Shown here: in pieces, positions 31,313-39,786 of the stretch | Numbering within the stretch: position 1 is the first letter of the stretch | How the letters are laid out: every line of letters begins with the position of its first letter | Assembly (NCBI GenBank): GCA_963796815.1 | Contig: CAWCNF010000006.1 | Coordinates: forward strand, 60,593-124,592 | Origin: an uncultured Solirubrobacterales bacterium | GTDB lineage: Bacteria > Actinomycetota > Thermoleophilia > Solirubrobacterales > 70-9 | Reading direction: 5' to 3' | Length of the DNA: 64,000 bases | Position numbers and translations under genes: made by a program | The notes under the pieces: model-generated | Told to the model about the DNA's origin: nothing | The model's database searches: none | What the model saw: only the letters and a program-made list of their open reading frames with translations

Positions 31313-32017
31313 ATGAGGCTGGCCAAGTTCCTCGCCCACTCGGGCGTCGCATCGCGCCGCCGCGCCGAGGAACTCGTCGCCGCCGGGCGCGTTCGCGTGG
31401 GCGGCAGGTCGTGCGCGATCCCGCCCGCGACGTGGAGTACGAGAGCGGGGTGGAGGTCGACGGGCGCCAGGTCGGTCCCGAGCCGCGCGAGGTCTGGATG
31501 CTCAACAAGCCGACGGGCGTCACCTCGACCGCGCGCGAGCCCGGCCGGCGGCGCGCGGTGACGGACCTCATCGACTCCAAGCCGCCGCCTCTATCCGGTC
31601 GGCCGCCTCGACGCCGAATCGACCGGCCTGATCCTGATCACGAACGACGGCGAGCTCGCCAACCGGCTGATGCACCCCCGCTACGAGGTCGAGCGCACCT
31701 ACCGCGCGCGGCTGCGCCGGCCGCCGACCGACACCGACATCGGTCGCCTTCGCGACGGCGTGCAGCTCGAGGACGGCCCGACCGCCCGCGCCCGCGTGCG
31801 CCGGGTCTCGCCGCGCGTCCTCGAGATCACGATCCACGAGGGTCGCAACCGGCAGGTGCGCCGGATGGCGGAGGCGATCGGCAACGACGTGGTCGAGCTC
31901 GAGCGGATCGCCTTCGGCCCGCTCCGCCTGGGCGAGCTCCCGCGCGGGCAGGCGCGCCAGCTGAAGGCCGCCGAGCTCCGGCGGCTCTGGAAGGATTCGC
32001 CGCTGGTTGATCGACCG
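31313..32017 (+). CDS. rluB: 23S rRNA pseudouridine synthase RluB-type (S4 domain + RsuA/RluB catalytic domain). Two frame changes, and no stop codon before aroH as sequenced.
   Basis: The S4 domain reads MRLAKFLAHSGVASRRRAEELVAAGRVRVGG. After that come WMLNKPTGVTST, (shift) LYPVGRLDAESTGLILITNDGELANRLMHPRYEVERTY, and ITIHEGRNRQVRRM. The reading frame runs straight into aroH. Confidence 0.85.
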
Positions 32018-32404
32018 ATGAGTCAGCCATCCCTAAGAGATCGCGTCTGGGCCGTGCGCGGCGCGGTCGTCGCCGCTGCCAATGACGAGGCATCGATCCT
32101 CGAGGCGACCAGCGAGCTGATGAGCGAGATCATGCGGCGCAACGACATCGGCGCCGACCACATGGTCTCCGTGATCTTCACCGCGACGACCGACCTCGAC
32201 GCCGCCTTCCCGGCCGCGGCGGCGCGCGGCCTCGGCCTCAACCACGTGCCGCTGCTGTGCGCCCGTGAGATCGAGGTGCCGAACTCGATGACGCGGGTCA
32301 TCCGGGTGCTCCTGCACTACTACGCCGCCGCCGAGGAGCTCCCCGAGCACGTCTACCTCGGCGAGGCGCAGGGCCTTCGCGCCGATCTCCACGACGCCCA
32401 ATGA
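32018..32404 (+). CDS. aroH: AroH-class (monofunctional, Bacillus-type) chorismate mutase.
   Basis: From ATG 32018 it reads VWAVRGAVVAAANDEASILEATSELMSEIMRRNDIGADHMVSVIFTATTDLDAAFPAAAARGLG..VPLLCAREIEVPNSMTRVIRVLLHY. This matches the AroH pattern (IRGATT..N..I...T.EL......N......S..FT.T.DL...FPA.A.R). Its stop overlaps the hisC ATG. Confidence 0.8.
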   Translation: MSQPSLRDRVWAVRGAVVAAANDEASILEATSELMSEIMRRNDIGADHMVSVIFTATTDLDAAFPAAAARGLGLNHVPLLCAREIEVPNSMTRVIRVLLHYYAAAEELPEHVYLGEAQGLRADLHDAQ

Positions 32405-33504
32405 GCGTGGGCGCTGAATTCGCAAGCAGGCTCGCCGCGATCCCGGGGTACGTCGCCGGTGCACCGGCCGGCAAGGCGCCCGAGTCGCTCGCCGACGAGG
32501 GGATCGCCCAGCTCGCCTCGAACGAGTCGCCGCACGGCCCGCACCCGGCCGTCGCCGATGCGGTCGCACGCGCCGCCGCCGCCGCCAACCGCTACCCCGA
32601 TCCGTCGGCGAGCCTCCTGCGGCGCCGCATCGCCGATCGCTACGAGGTCGACCAGGCCGGTGTCGCGCTCGCGAACGGTTCCTGCGAGATCCTCCTCGCC
32701 GCCGCGATGGCGCTGTGCGAGCCGGGCGCCGAGCTCGTCTATGCATGGCCTTCCTTCTCGATGTACCCGTACCTCGCGCCGCTCTCCGGCGCGCGCGAGA
32801 TCCGGGTCAAGCTCGATGACGCCGATGAGCACGACCTCGACGCGATGCTCGCCGAGATCACGGTCGCGACGCGGTTGGTCCTCGTCTGCAACCCGAACAA
32901 CCCGACGGCCACGCACCTGCCGGCTGCGCGCATCGCGGAGTTCCTCGAGGCCGTGCCCGACCACGTGACCGTGCTCGTCGACGAGGCGTACGTCGAGTTT
33001 CAGCTCGACGACGACCCGGACGACACCGTCGACCTGCGCGAGCGCTTCCCGAACCTCGTCCTGCTGCGGACCTTCAGCAAGGTCTACGGCCTCGCGGGGC
33101 TGCGGGTCGGCTACGCGCTCTGCTCGCCGCAGTTCCGGGCCGCGGTCGACGCGGTGCGCCAGCCCTTTTCCGTCAACGCGCTCGCACAGGCCGCCGCCGC
33201 CGAGGCCATGCGCCATCAGGACGACGTCCTCGATCGCGTGCAGGCCAATCTCGTCGCACGGGTGGCGGTGGAGGAGGGCGTCCGCGACCTCGGCCTGAGC
33301 ACTCCCAACTCGCAGGCGAACTTCTCCTGGATCGATCTCGGCGACCACGACGAGGCCGAGGTCGTCGCCGCCCTCGGCGAGCGCGGGATCCTGGTTCGCG
33401 CCGGGACGCCGCTCGGCGGGCCGGGCCACATTCGCGTCTCCTACGGCACGCCGGCGGAAAACGACCGGTTCCTCAGCGCTCTAGGTGAGATCATCGGGAC
33501 ATGA
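32401..33504 (+). CDS. hisC: Histidinol-phosphate / aromatic aminotransferase (class II PLP aminotransferase, HisC/Pat type).
   Basis: An intact 367-aa ORF. It reads LASNESPHGPHP, RYPDPSA, NGSCEIL and LVCNPNNPTA, with the PLP-Lys context in VLLRTFSKVYGLAGLRVGY and a final IRVSYGT. The surrounding aromatic-pathway genes suggest a role in Phe/Tyr transamination. Confidence 0.85.
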   Translation: MSVGAEFASRLAAIPGYVAGAPAGKAPESLADEGIAQLASNESPHGPHPAVADAVARAAAAANRYPDPSASLLRRRIADRYEVDQAGVALANGSCEILLAAAMALCEPGAELVYAWPSFSMYPYLAPLSGAREIRVKLDDADEHDLDAMLAEITVATRLVLVCNPNNPTATHLPAARIAEFLEAVPDHVTVLVDEAYVEFQLDDDPDDTVDLRERFPNLVLLRTFSKVYGLAGLRVGYALCSPQFRAAVDAVRQPFSVNALAQAAAAEAMRHQDDVLDRVQANLVARVAVEEGVRDLGLSTPNSQANFSWIDLGDHDEAEVVAALGERGILVRAGTPLGGPGHIRVSYGTPAENDRFLSALGEIIGT

Positions 33505-33881
33505 CAAAGCTCCTCACGCTCGCCTGCCTGCTCGTCCTCACTTCAACTGCGACCGCGCTCGCCGACACGCGCATCTACTTGAGCGCGCCATCACGGGTCC
33601 TTTCTCGTCGCCCCGGAGAAGCTGAAGTACAAGGCGGCGGAGGTCGGCGGCCAACAGGACTATGTCCTCAAGGATCTCGCCTGGATGGACTGGACGACCT
33701 CACACCCGACGGCGACGGGCACGCTGAAGTCATGCGTCCAGGGCGGCGAATGCTTCACCGTCGATGCGACCGCCAAGGCCGGGCGGCTCCTCTCGGACGG
33801 CGCCAACGGCTACTACAGGAAGCTGAAGCTGATCTCGGGCAGAACAAGGTCACGCTGCGTTTGCCGACGCCGAACGGCTAA
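33501..33881 (+). CDS. Small secreted hypothetical protein (about 125 aa). Two frame changes.
   Basis: The signal peptide is MTKLLTLACLLVLTSTATALA. After hopping frames the mature part reads ..PEKLKYKAAEVGGQQDYVLKDLAWMDWTTSHPTATGTLKSCVQGGECFTVDATAKAGRLLSDGANGYYRKLKLISGQNKVTLRLPTPNG. The start overlaps the hisC stop in an ATGA. I recognise no family. Confidence 0.45.
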   Translation: MTKLLTLACLLVLTSTATALADTRIYLSAPSRVLSRRPGEAEVQGGGGRRPTGLCPQGSRLDGLDDLTPDGDGHAEVMRPGRRMLHRRCDRQGRAAPLGRRQRLLQEAEADLGQNKVTLRLPTPNG

Positions 33882-33885
33882 CGGG

Positions 33886-34554
33886 CTAGTCGCCCGTCGA
33901 GGAGAAGTGCTGGTAGTCGCGGATCGACTGCGGCCCATCGCCGAGCCACGCCCATCCGGCCTTCTTCGCGAACGCCTCGAAGACCTCGTCGCCCTCGTGG
34001 ATCATTCCCGGCGCGTGGCGTGATCGATCGAGATAGGGCTCTCCGGCCGGAGGGGTGAAGTACGAGCCGGAGACGTAGGGGTTCTCGATCGGGTTGACGT
34101 CGATCGCGAGCCCGTAGGCGTGCATCGACCACCGCGTCGTGCCGGCGACGAACCGGCAGTTGAACGCGGAGGTGTTGTCGGCGCGGATGGAGCGATCATC
34201 GTTGGCGTCGAAGCGGTCCACCAGCTCCATGCGCCGGATTGGGTAGCGCAGGTGATAGAGGCGCTTCATCACCGCGATGATCTTGTCGTCGAAGCGCTTG
34301 CTGACGACGAGGCGACCGTTGTGTGGCCGGTCGTCGAACCCCCAGTAGGTGACGCGCAGCAGGCGCAGGTCGTGGAGGCCGACCGGGCAGCCGGGGTGCC
34401 AGGAGCTGCCGACGATGCGTTCCTTGACGTGGCCCTGGATGGGCTCCGAGCGGCCCTCAAAGGCCGGCTGGGCCGGCTGGGTGGGCTGGGCCGGCTGGCC
34501 GGACGCGGCAATCGACGTCGCCAGCATGGCGATGAATGCGGTGGGGGCGATCAA
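33886..34554 (-). CDS. Secreted M15-family D-alanyl-D-alanine carboxypeptidase/dipeptidase (VanY/LdcB-like).
   Basis: An intact 222-aa ORF with a signal-like N-terminus. It carries SMHAYGLAIDVNP (the SxHxxGxAxD motif) and DYQHF (the second zinc-ligand motif). Confidence 0.75.
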   Translation of the reverse strand: MIAPTAFIAMLATSIAASGQPAQPTQPAQPAFEGRSEPIQGHVKERIVGSSWHPGCPVGLHDLRLLRVTYWGFDDRPHNGRLVVSKRFDDKIIAVMKRLYHLRYPIRRMELVDRFDANDDRSIRADNTSAFNCRFVAGTTRWSMHAYGLAIDVNPIENPYVSGSYFTPPAGEPYLDRSRHAPGMIHEGDEVFEAFAKKAGWAWLGDGPQSIRDYQHFSSTGD

Positions 34555-37322
34555 GCGATCGTGACAGGCGCGTCGATGAGGGCTCGCGCCTCCTCGGCCG
34601 GGACCGGCTTGGAGAAGTAGAAGCCCTGCGCGAAGTTGCAGCCGAGGCCGTAGACCAGCTCCAGCTGCGACTTGGTCTCGATGCCCTCGGCAACGACCGC
34701 CAACCCGAGCGCGTCGGCGATCGAGATGACCGAGCTGACGATCGCCGAGGTCGCCGGGTCGTCGAGGCCCTGCACGAACGACCGGTCGATCTTCAGCTGG
34801 TCGAAGGGGAAGCGCTGCAGGTAGCCGAGCGCCGAGAAGCCGGTGCCGAAGTCGTCGAGCACCAGTCGCAGGCCGAGTTCCTTCAGCGCGCGGATGGTGC
34901 CGAGGGCCTCCGCCTCGTCCACGAGCACCGACTCGGTGATCTCCAGGCTGAGCGCGAGCGGGTCGAGGTCGGTCTCACGCAGGATGCGACGAACCCGCTC
35001 GGCCATGCGCGGATCCGCCATCTGGCGCGGCGAGACGTTGACCGAGATCGTCACCGGCGGCGAGTCGGGCCGGGCGCGATTCCACTCGGCCGTCTGGCGG
35101 CAGGCGAGCTGAAGCACCCGCTCGCCGATGTCGACGATCAGGTCGCTCTCCTCCGCGAGCGGGATGAACTCGCCCGGCCCGAGCAGGCCACGCTCGGGAT
35201 GCTGCCAGCGCACGAGCGCCTCGTAGCCCACGATGCGATGCGGGTGCAGCCAGATCAGCGGCTGGTAGTGGACGACGAACTCGTCGCGGCCGAGCGCTCG
35301 CCGCAGGTCGTTCTCGGTCCGCAGGTGATCGACGGCGTCCAGGCGCATGGCATGGTCGAAGATCTCGTAGCGCCCGCGCCCGCGCTCCTTGGCGCGGTAC
35401 ATCGCGAGATCGGCGTCGCGGATCAGGGCCTCGGGCGGCTCGCCGCCGCCGCCGATCGCGATGCCCACCGACGCGCTGACGAAGTACTCGCGGTCGCGCA
35501 GGACGAATGGTGTGGCGAGCGACGCCGCGACGCGCTCGGCGACGCGCGTGAGGTCGTGGATCGTGTCGGCCTCCGCGATGATGATCGCGAACTCGTCGCC
35601 GCCGAACCGGCCCACGGTGTCGCCGGCGCGAAGGACCGCGTCGAGGCGCGGCGCGACCATGCTGAGGAGCTCGTCGCCGGCCTCGTGGCCGAGGCTGTCA
35701 TTGACGAGCTTGAACTGGTCGAGATCGCAGAAGAGGACGCCGACCTGCTTGCCCTCGCGCGTGGCCGAGGCGAGCGCCTGGTCGAGCCGGTCGTTGAAGA
35801 GGACGCGGTTGGGGAGGCCGGTCAGCGGATCGTGCAGGGAGCGGTGGCGCGTGTCGGCCTCCGCTTCGACGCGGGCGATCGCCGCCGACAGCAGGTTGGC
35901 GAGCGACTGCGCGAAGTTGACGGCGTCGGTGTCGAAGCGCTGCGGCTGGGGGCTGAGGATCCCGAACACTCCGAAGCTGCCCTCGCGGCGGCGAACGACA
36001 ACGCTGACGCTGCTGCGCGACTGCGATCGCCGGATCACCTCCGACGGTTCGAAGCGTGTCTCGGTCTCCCAGTCCTCGACGACCAGCGGCTGGCTGCCCA
36101 GCAGGGTGGAGCCGGATTGCGTCCGGTTGCCCGCTGGGTAGTGGACGCCGAAAAGATCGCCGAGGCCAGCGTGTTCGACCACGGTGAGGCTCTCGCCGTC
36201 GGGCGCGAGCTCGGCGAGGAGCACCGTCTCGACGTCCAGGGCCTTCGCGGTGGTCGTCACGGCCTCGTGGAAGAGGCGCTCGAGGTCGGTTGCGCCCAGC
36301 GCGAGCTCGCCGAGCTCGGCGATGACGCGCTGCATCTCCGCGCGCCGCAACGCTTCGGTTCGAGCCGTTTCGCTCTCGGTCACATCCTGGCTGGTGCCGA
36401 TCAGCCGGGCGGGCGCACCGTTGTCGAAGGCGACCTCAGCCCGCGTCTGGATCACCAACGTCCGCCCATCGGGGTGGTGGTAGCGCAGCTTGGTGTCGAA
36501 CGGCACCCCCTCGGTAAGGGCGCGCTCCATCGCCGCATCGACGGCGGGCCGGTCGGCGTCGTCGACGTGATCGAAGTAGTACTCGCTCGTCTGCGTCGGG
36601 TCGTCGGCCGGGAGGCCGAGCAGCTTGATCAGCCCCGCCGTCACGGTGACGTCGCCGGTCGCGAGGTCGTACTCGTAGCCGCCCACCCTCGCGAGCTCCT
36701 GAGCGTCGGCCATTGAGCGTTCGTTCGCTCGCCCCAGCGCGTACGCGCGCTCCGTCTCGAGGCGTTCGTTCTCGTTCAGCCGCCAGACGACGATCGCCGC
36801 ACACCCCGCCGCGAACACCAGGGCCGCGTGGATCGCCGCCCACTTGAGCGGGTGGGCGATCGCGTCCGGATGGTTGTAGACCGCCGCCGGATCCGTCAGG
36901 CCGATGTAGCCGTGGTGGACCAGCACGTAGCCGGCGGCGAACAGGAACGGCAGCCAGTCTTCATAGAGGGCCAGCAGGATGATCATCACGAAGAAGAGGA
37001 AGTGCGCCTCGATGTAGCCACCCGAGATGTGGATCGCGAGGGAGGCGCTTGTGATCAGGCCGACCGAGCAGAGCACGGAGGCGAGTCGCTGGCGATCGCG
37101 CGTGACCCAGGCGGCCACGGCGAACGCCTCCATGACTCCTCCCTCGGCCAGGGAGTGGGCGACCGAGAAGCCCTCGAACTGGGCGAACACGAAGATGCCG
37201 AGGCCGAGCGATGCGAGCAGGATCACCAGCCAGCGGTGGCGGATCAGCCAGACGTCGTGAGGCAGCGTGTTGCCGCGTGGCAGCCACGCGCGTGCGCGCG
37301 CGATGAAGCTTTGGCTCTCCAC
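34551..37322 (-). CDS. Membrane-bound sensory c-di-GMP turnover protein: an N-terminal multi-TM domain, PAS, GAF, GGDEF and EAL.
   Basis: An intact 923-aa ORF starting at a GTG. About 6 TM helices occupy the first 200 aa. It contains RFGGDEFAII (GGDEF), YEALVRW (EAL), EITES, DDFGTGFS and EGIETKSQ. Both catalytic motif sets look intact. Confidence 0.9.
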   Translation of the reverse strand: MESQSFIARARAWLPRGNTLPHDVWLIRHRWLVILLASLGLGIFVFAQFEGFSVAHSLAEGGVMEAFAVAAWVTRDRQRLASVLCSVGLITSASLAIHISGGYIEAHFLFFVMIILLALYEDWLPFLFAAGYVLVHHGYIGLTDPAAVYNHPDAIAHPLKWAAIHAALVFAAGCAAIVVWRLNENERLETERAYALGRANERSMADAQELARVGGYEYDLATGDVTVTAGLIKLLGLPADDPTQTSEYYFDHVDDADRPAVDAAMERALTEGVPFDTKLRYHHPDGRTLVIQTRAEVAFDNGAPARLIGTSQDVTESETARTEALRRAEMQRVIAELGELALGATDLERLFHEAVTTTAKALDVETVLLAELAPDGESLTVVEHAGLGDLFGVHYPAGNRTQSGSTLLGSQPLVVEDWETETRFEPSEVIRRSQSRSSVSVVVRRREGSFGVFGILSPQPQRFDTDAVNFAQSLANLLSAAIARVEAEADTRHRSLHDPLTGLPNRVLFNDRLDQALASATREGKQVGVLFCDLDQFKLVNDSLGHEAGDELLSMVAPRLDAVLRAGDTVGRFGGDEFAIIIAEADTIHDLTRVAERVAASLATPFVLRDREYFVSASVGIAIGGGGEPPEALIRDADLAMYRAKERGRGRYEIFDHAMRLDAVDHLRTENDLRRALGRDEFVVHYQPLIWLHPHRIVGYEALVRWQHPERGLLGPGEFIPLAEESDLIVDIGERVLQLACRQTAEWNRARPDSPPVTISVNVSPRQMADPRMAERVRRILRETDLDPLALSLEITESVLVDEAEALGTIRALKELGLRLVLDDFGTGFSALGYLQRFPFDQLKIDRSFVQGLDDPATSAIVSSVISIADALGLAVVAEGIETKSQLELVYGLGCNFAQGFYFSKPVPAEEARALIDAPVTIA

Positions 37323-37393
37323 GCAGCTTTCATCGGCGTTCGCTTTCCAATGCTTGATTGCGCTCGACGCAGGGCTTTGCTACAACCTGCCGC

Positions 37394-37483
37394 GTGAACC
37401 GCGAGTCCGCACAGGCCTCTGAAAGCGCCCGCCCGGGTGCGCAGCCGTGCGCGTGGTTTACGTATTACTGGCGATTTAGCTAG
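37394..37483 (+). CDS. Candidate attenuation leader peptide (29 aa from GTG 37394, or 41 aa from TTG 37358): MNRESAQASESARPGAQPCAWFTYYWRFS.
   Basis: The codons TGG TTT ACG TAT TAC TGG CGA TTT AGC TAG occupy 37454-37483. Six of the last nine residues are Trp, Phe or Tyr. The ORF lies 120 nt upstream of the DAHP synthase gene and immediately 5' of a terminator-like fold. No obvious Shine-Dalgarno sequence is present, so a leaderless start is possible. Confidence 0.4.
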   Translation: MNRESAQASESARPGAQPCAWFTYYWRFS

Positions 37484-37566
37484 GCGTCCGGCCGGCCGCG
37501 AGGCCCGTGAGCAGAAGAAATTTCGCCACCGGACGCCGTAGCAGCTGACCCTGTGCCAGTTTTTTT
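37467..37566 (+). terminator. Candidate attenuator/terminator structure followed by a U7 tract in the aroG leader.
   Basis: The basal stem ACUGGCG (37467-37473) pairs with UGCCAGU (37554-37560) and is directly followed by TTTTTTT at 37560-37566. Inside it are a 9-bp helix (GGCGUCCGG 37483-37491 with CCGGACGCC 37529-37537) and a GGCC-GCGA-GGCC hairpin (37494-37505). There is an alternative pairing of UGGCGA (37469-37474) with UCGCCA (37523-37528). Confidence 0.35.
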
Positions 37567-37605
37567 CATGGAAAGAGCAACAGATGATCGTGATGGAAGA
37601 CGTGA

Positions 37606-38670
37606 TTGACCCGAACAGAGACGGCGGTCCGCGACCGGCGAATCGACCGCATTGATCCGCTTGCGCGCCCCTCGGAGCTGATAGCCGAGCTGCCGCTTCC
37701 ACAGGCGGGCGAGGACCTGGTCGTAGCCAGTCGCGAGGCGGTGAGCGCAGTCCTCGATCGCGCCGATGACCGACTGTGGTGATCGTTGGGCCCTGCAGCG
37801 TCCACGACGCCGAGGCCGCGCGCGAGTACGCGACTCGACTCGCTGAGAAAGCCAGCGAGCTTTCCGGCGAGCTCCTGATCGCAATGCGCGTCTACTTCGA
37901 GAAGCCGCGGACGACGACCGGGTGGAAAGGCCTGATCAACGACCCCCACCTGGACGACTCCGGTGATGTGAATACCGGCCTGCGGCGAGCGCGCGGCTTG
38001 CTTCTCGACGTACTTGAGCTCGGCCTTCCAGTCGGCTGCGAGTTCCTCGATCCGATCATCCCGCAGTACATCTCGGACACCGTCACCTGGGGTGCAATCG
38101 GTGCTCGAACCACCGAGAGTCAGGTCCACCGTCAGCTGGCCTCGGGTCTCTCGATGCCGGTCGGCTTCAAGAACGGGACGGATGGCAACGTCCAGATAGC
38201 CATCGACGCGGTTCGAGCGACTGCGGCCTCGCATGCGTTCACCGGTATCGACCCAACCGGTGCCGCGGCGATTCTGCGAACCACGGGGAACCCCGACGGC
38301 CACGTGATCCTGCGCGGGGGTCGCGACGCCCCGAACTACAGCGCCGACCAGGTCGATCGCGGTGGTTGGCCAGCTCGCCGCCGCCGGTCTGAAGGAGCGC
38401 CTCGTGATCGACGCATCGCACGACAACAGCGGTAAGGATCCCGACCGCCAGCGGCTCGTCGTGGACGACATCGCAGCGCAGGTTGCGGCCGGCAATACGG
38501 CGATCGTCGGCGTCATGCTGGAGTCCTTCCTCGTCCCCGGGCGCCAGGATCTTGGCTCGGGCGAGTTGACCTACGGGCAGTCGATCACCGATGCCTGCAT
38601 GGGCTGGGAGACCACGGCAGAGGCCCTCGACGAGTTGGCCGGCTGCGTTCGCTCGCGGCGGGACGACTGA
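37606..38670 (+). CDS. aroG: Class I-alpha (AroG/F/H-type) 3-deoxy-D-arabino-heptulosonate-7-phosphate synthase. Two frame changes, and the start is uncertain (TTG 37606 or ATG 37584 plus a shift).
   Basis: Matching segments are [26 protein letters not shown](shift)[82 protein letters not shown], (shift) IDASHDNS and [13 protein letters not shown]. This is close to the E. coli AroG motif order. Confidence 0.9.
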
Positions 38671-38677
38671 GCACGGC

Positions 38678-39786
38678 GTGAAGCTGGCGGTAGTTGGGGT
38701 CGGACTGATCGGCGGCTCGATCGGTCTCGCCGCCCGGCAGCGCCTCGGCGCCGTGGTCGCCGGCTTCGACCCCGAGCCGGCAAACCTGGAGCGAGCGCTT
38801 GAGCTCGAAGTGATCGACTCGGCGGCCGCTGATGTCGCCACCGCGGTGAAGGGGGCGGAGGTGGTCTTCTGTGCGGCCCCGGTGGGCGCCTTGCCGGCGG
38901 CCGTCACCGCGGCACTCGACGCGACCGACGAGGGCGCGGTGGTCACCGACGTCGGCTCAACCAAGCGCGAGCTTGTCGAGCGCCTTGCCGCGAGTGCGGC
39001 AGCGGAGCGTTACATCGGCGGGCACCCGCTGGCGGGCGCGGAGACCGCCGGCGTCGAGAATGCCCGTGCCGAGCTGCTGGAGGGCGCGCGCTGGTACCTG
39101 ACGCCGACCGAGACGTCGAGCGGGATCCTCTACGACAGCCTGCAGCGCCTCATCGCTGGGCTGGGCGCGCGACCGCAGGCGATCGATCCCGCGACGCACG
39201 ACCGAGTGATGGCCACGGTCAGCCACCTGCCGCACGTGATCGCGAACGCGCTCGTGCGCGAGGCGCGGCCGCGCTCGGCGGACTCGGCGCCGAGTCCGAG
39301 CGGCTGCCAGAGGTCGGTACGAGCTTTCGCGATACGACCCGCGTGGCGGGAGCCAACCCGGCGATCTGGGGCGACATCTTCGTCAGCAACCGCGCGGCCG
39401 TGGCCGAGGGGATCGACGCGGTGATCGAGCGCCTGGGCGAGGCCGCGGCGCTGATCCGCGCCGGCGACTCGACCAGCGGTTGCCGCCTGGCATGCCGAGC
39501 GCCGGCGAGGACCGCCGGCGGCTGCTCGAATCCGGCGGAGCGGGTGGCGAGCGCCGCGAGCTGCGGATCGTCGTCGAGAACCGGCCGGGGACGGTCGCCG
39601 AGATCGCGCTCGCGCTCGGTGAGCGAGCAGGTCAACATCGAGGACATGGCGCTGCAGACCGCTGCCGACATGCGGACCGGGGCGATCTCGGTCTGGATCG
39701 ACGGTGACGCCGAGGCCGAGCGCGCCGCAGAGGTCGTTCGCGAGCTCGGCTACACGGTCACCCTCGTTCCAGGCGCCGGCGGATGA
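38678..39786 (+). CDS. tyrA: Prephenate dehydrogenase with a C-terminal ACT domain. About 3 frame changes.
   Basis: The gene starts at a GTG. KLAVVGVGLIGGSIGLA is the Rossmann motif, followed by TDVGSTKRELV, YIGGHPLAGAE, HDRVMATVSHLPHVIANAL, FRDTTRVAGANPAIWGDIF, and then the ACT-like LRIVVENRPGTVAEIALALGE..VNIEDM. Confidence 0.85.
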
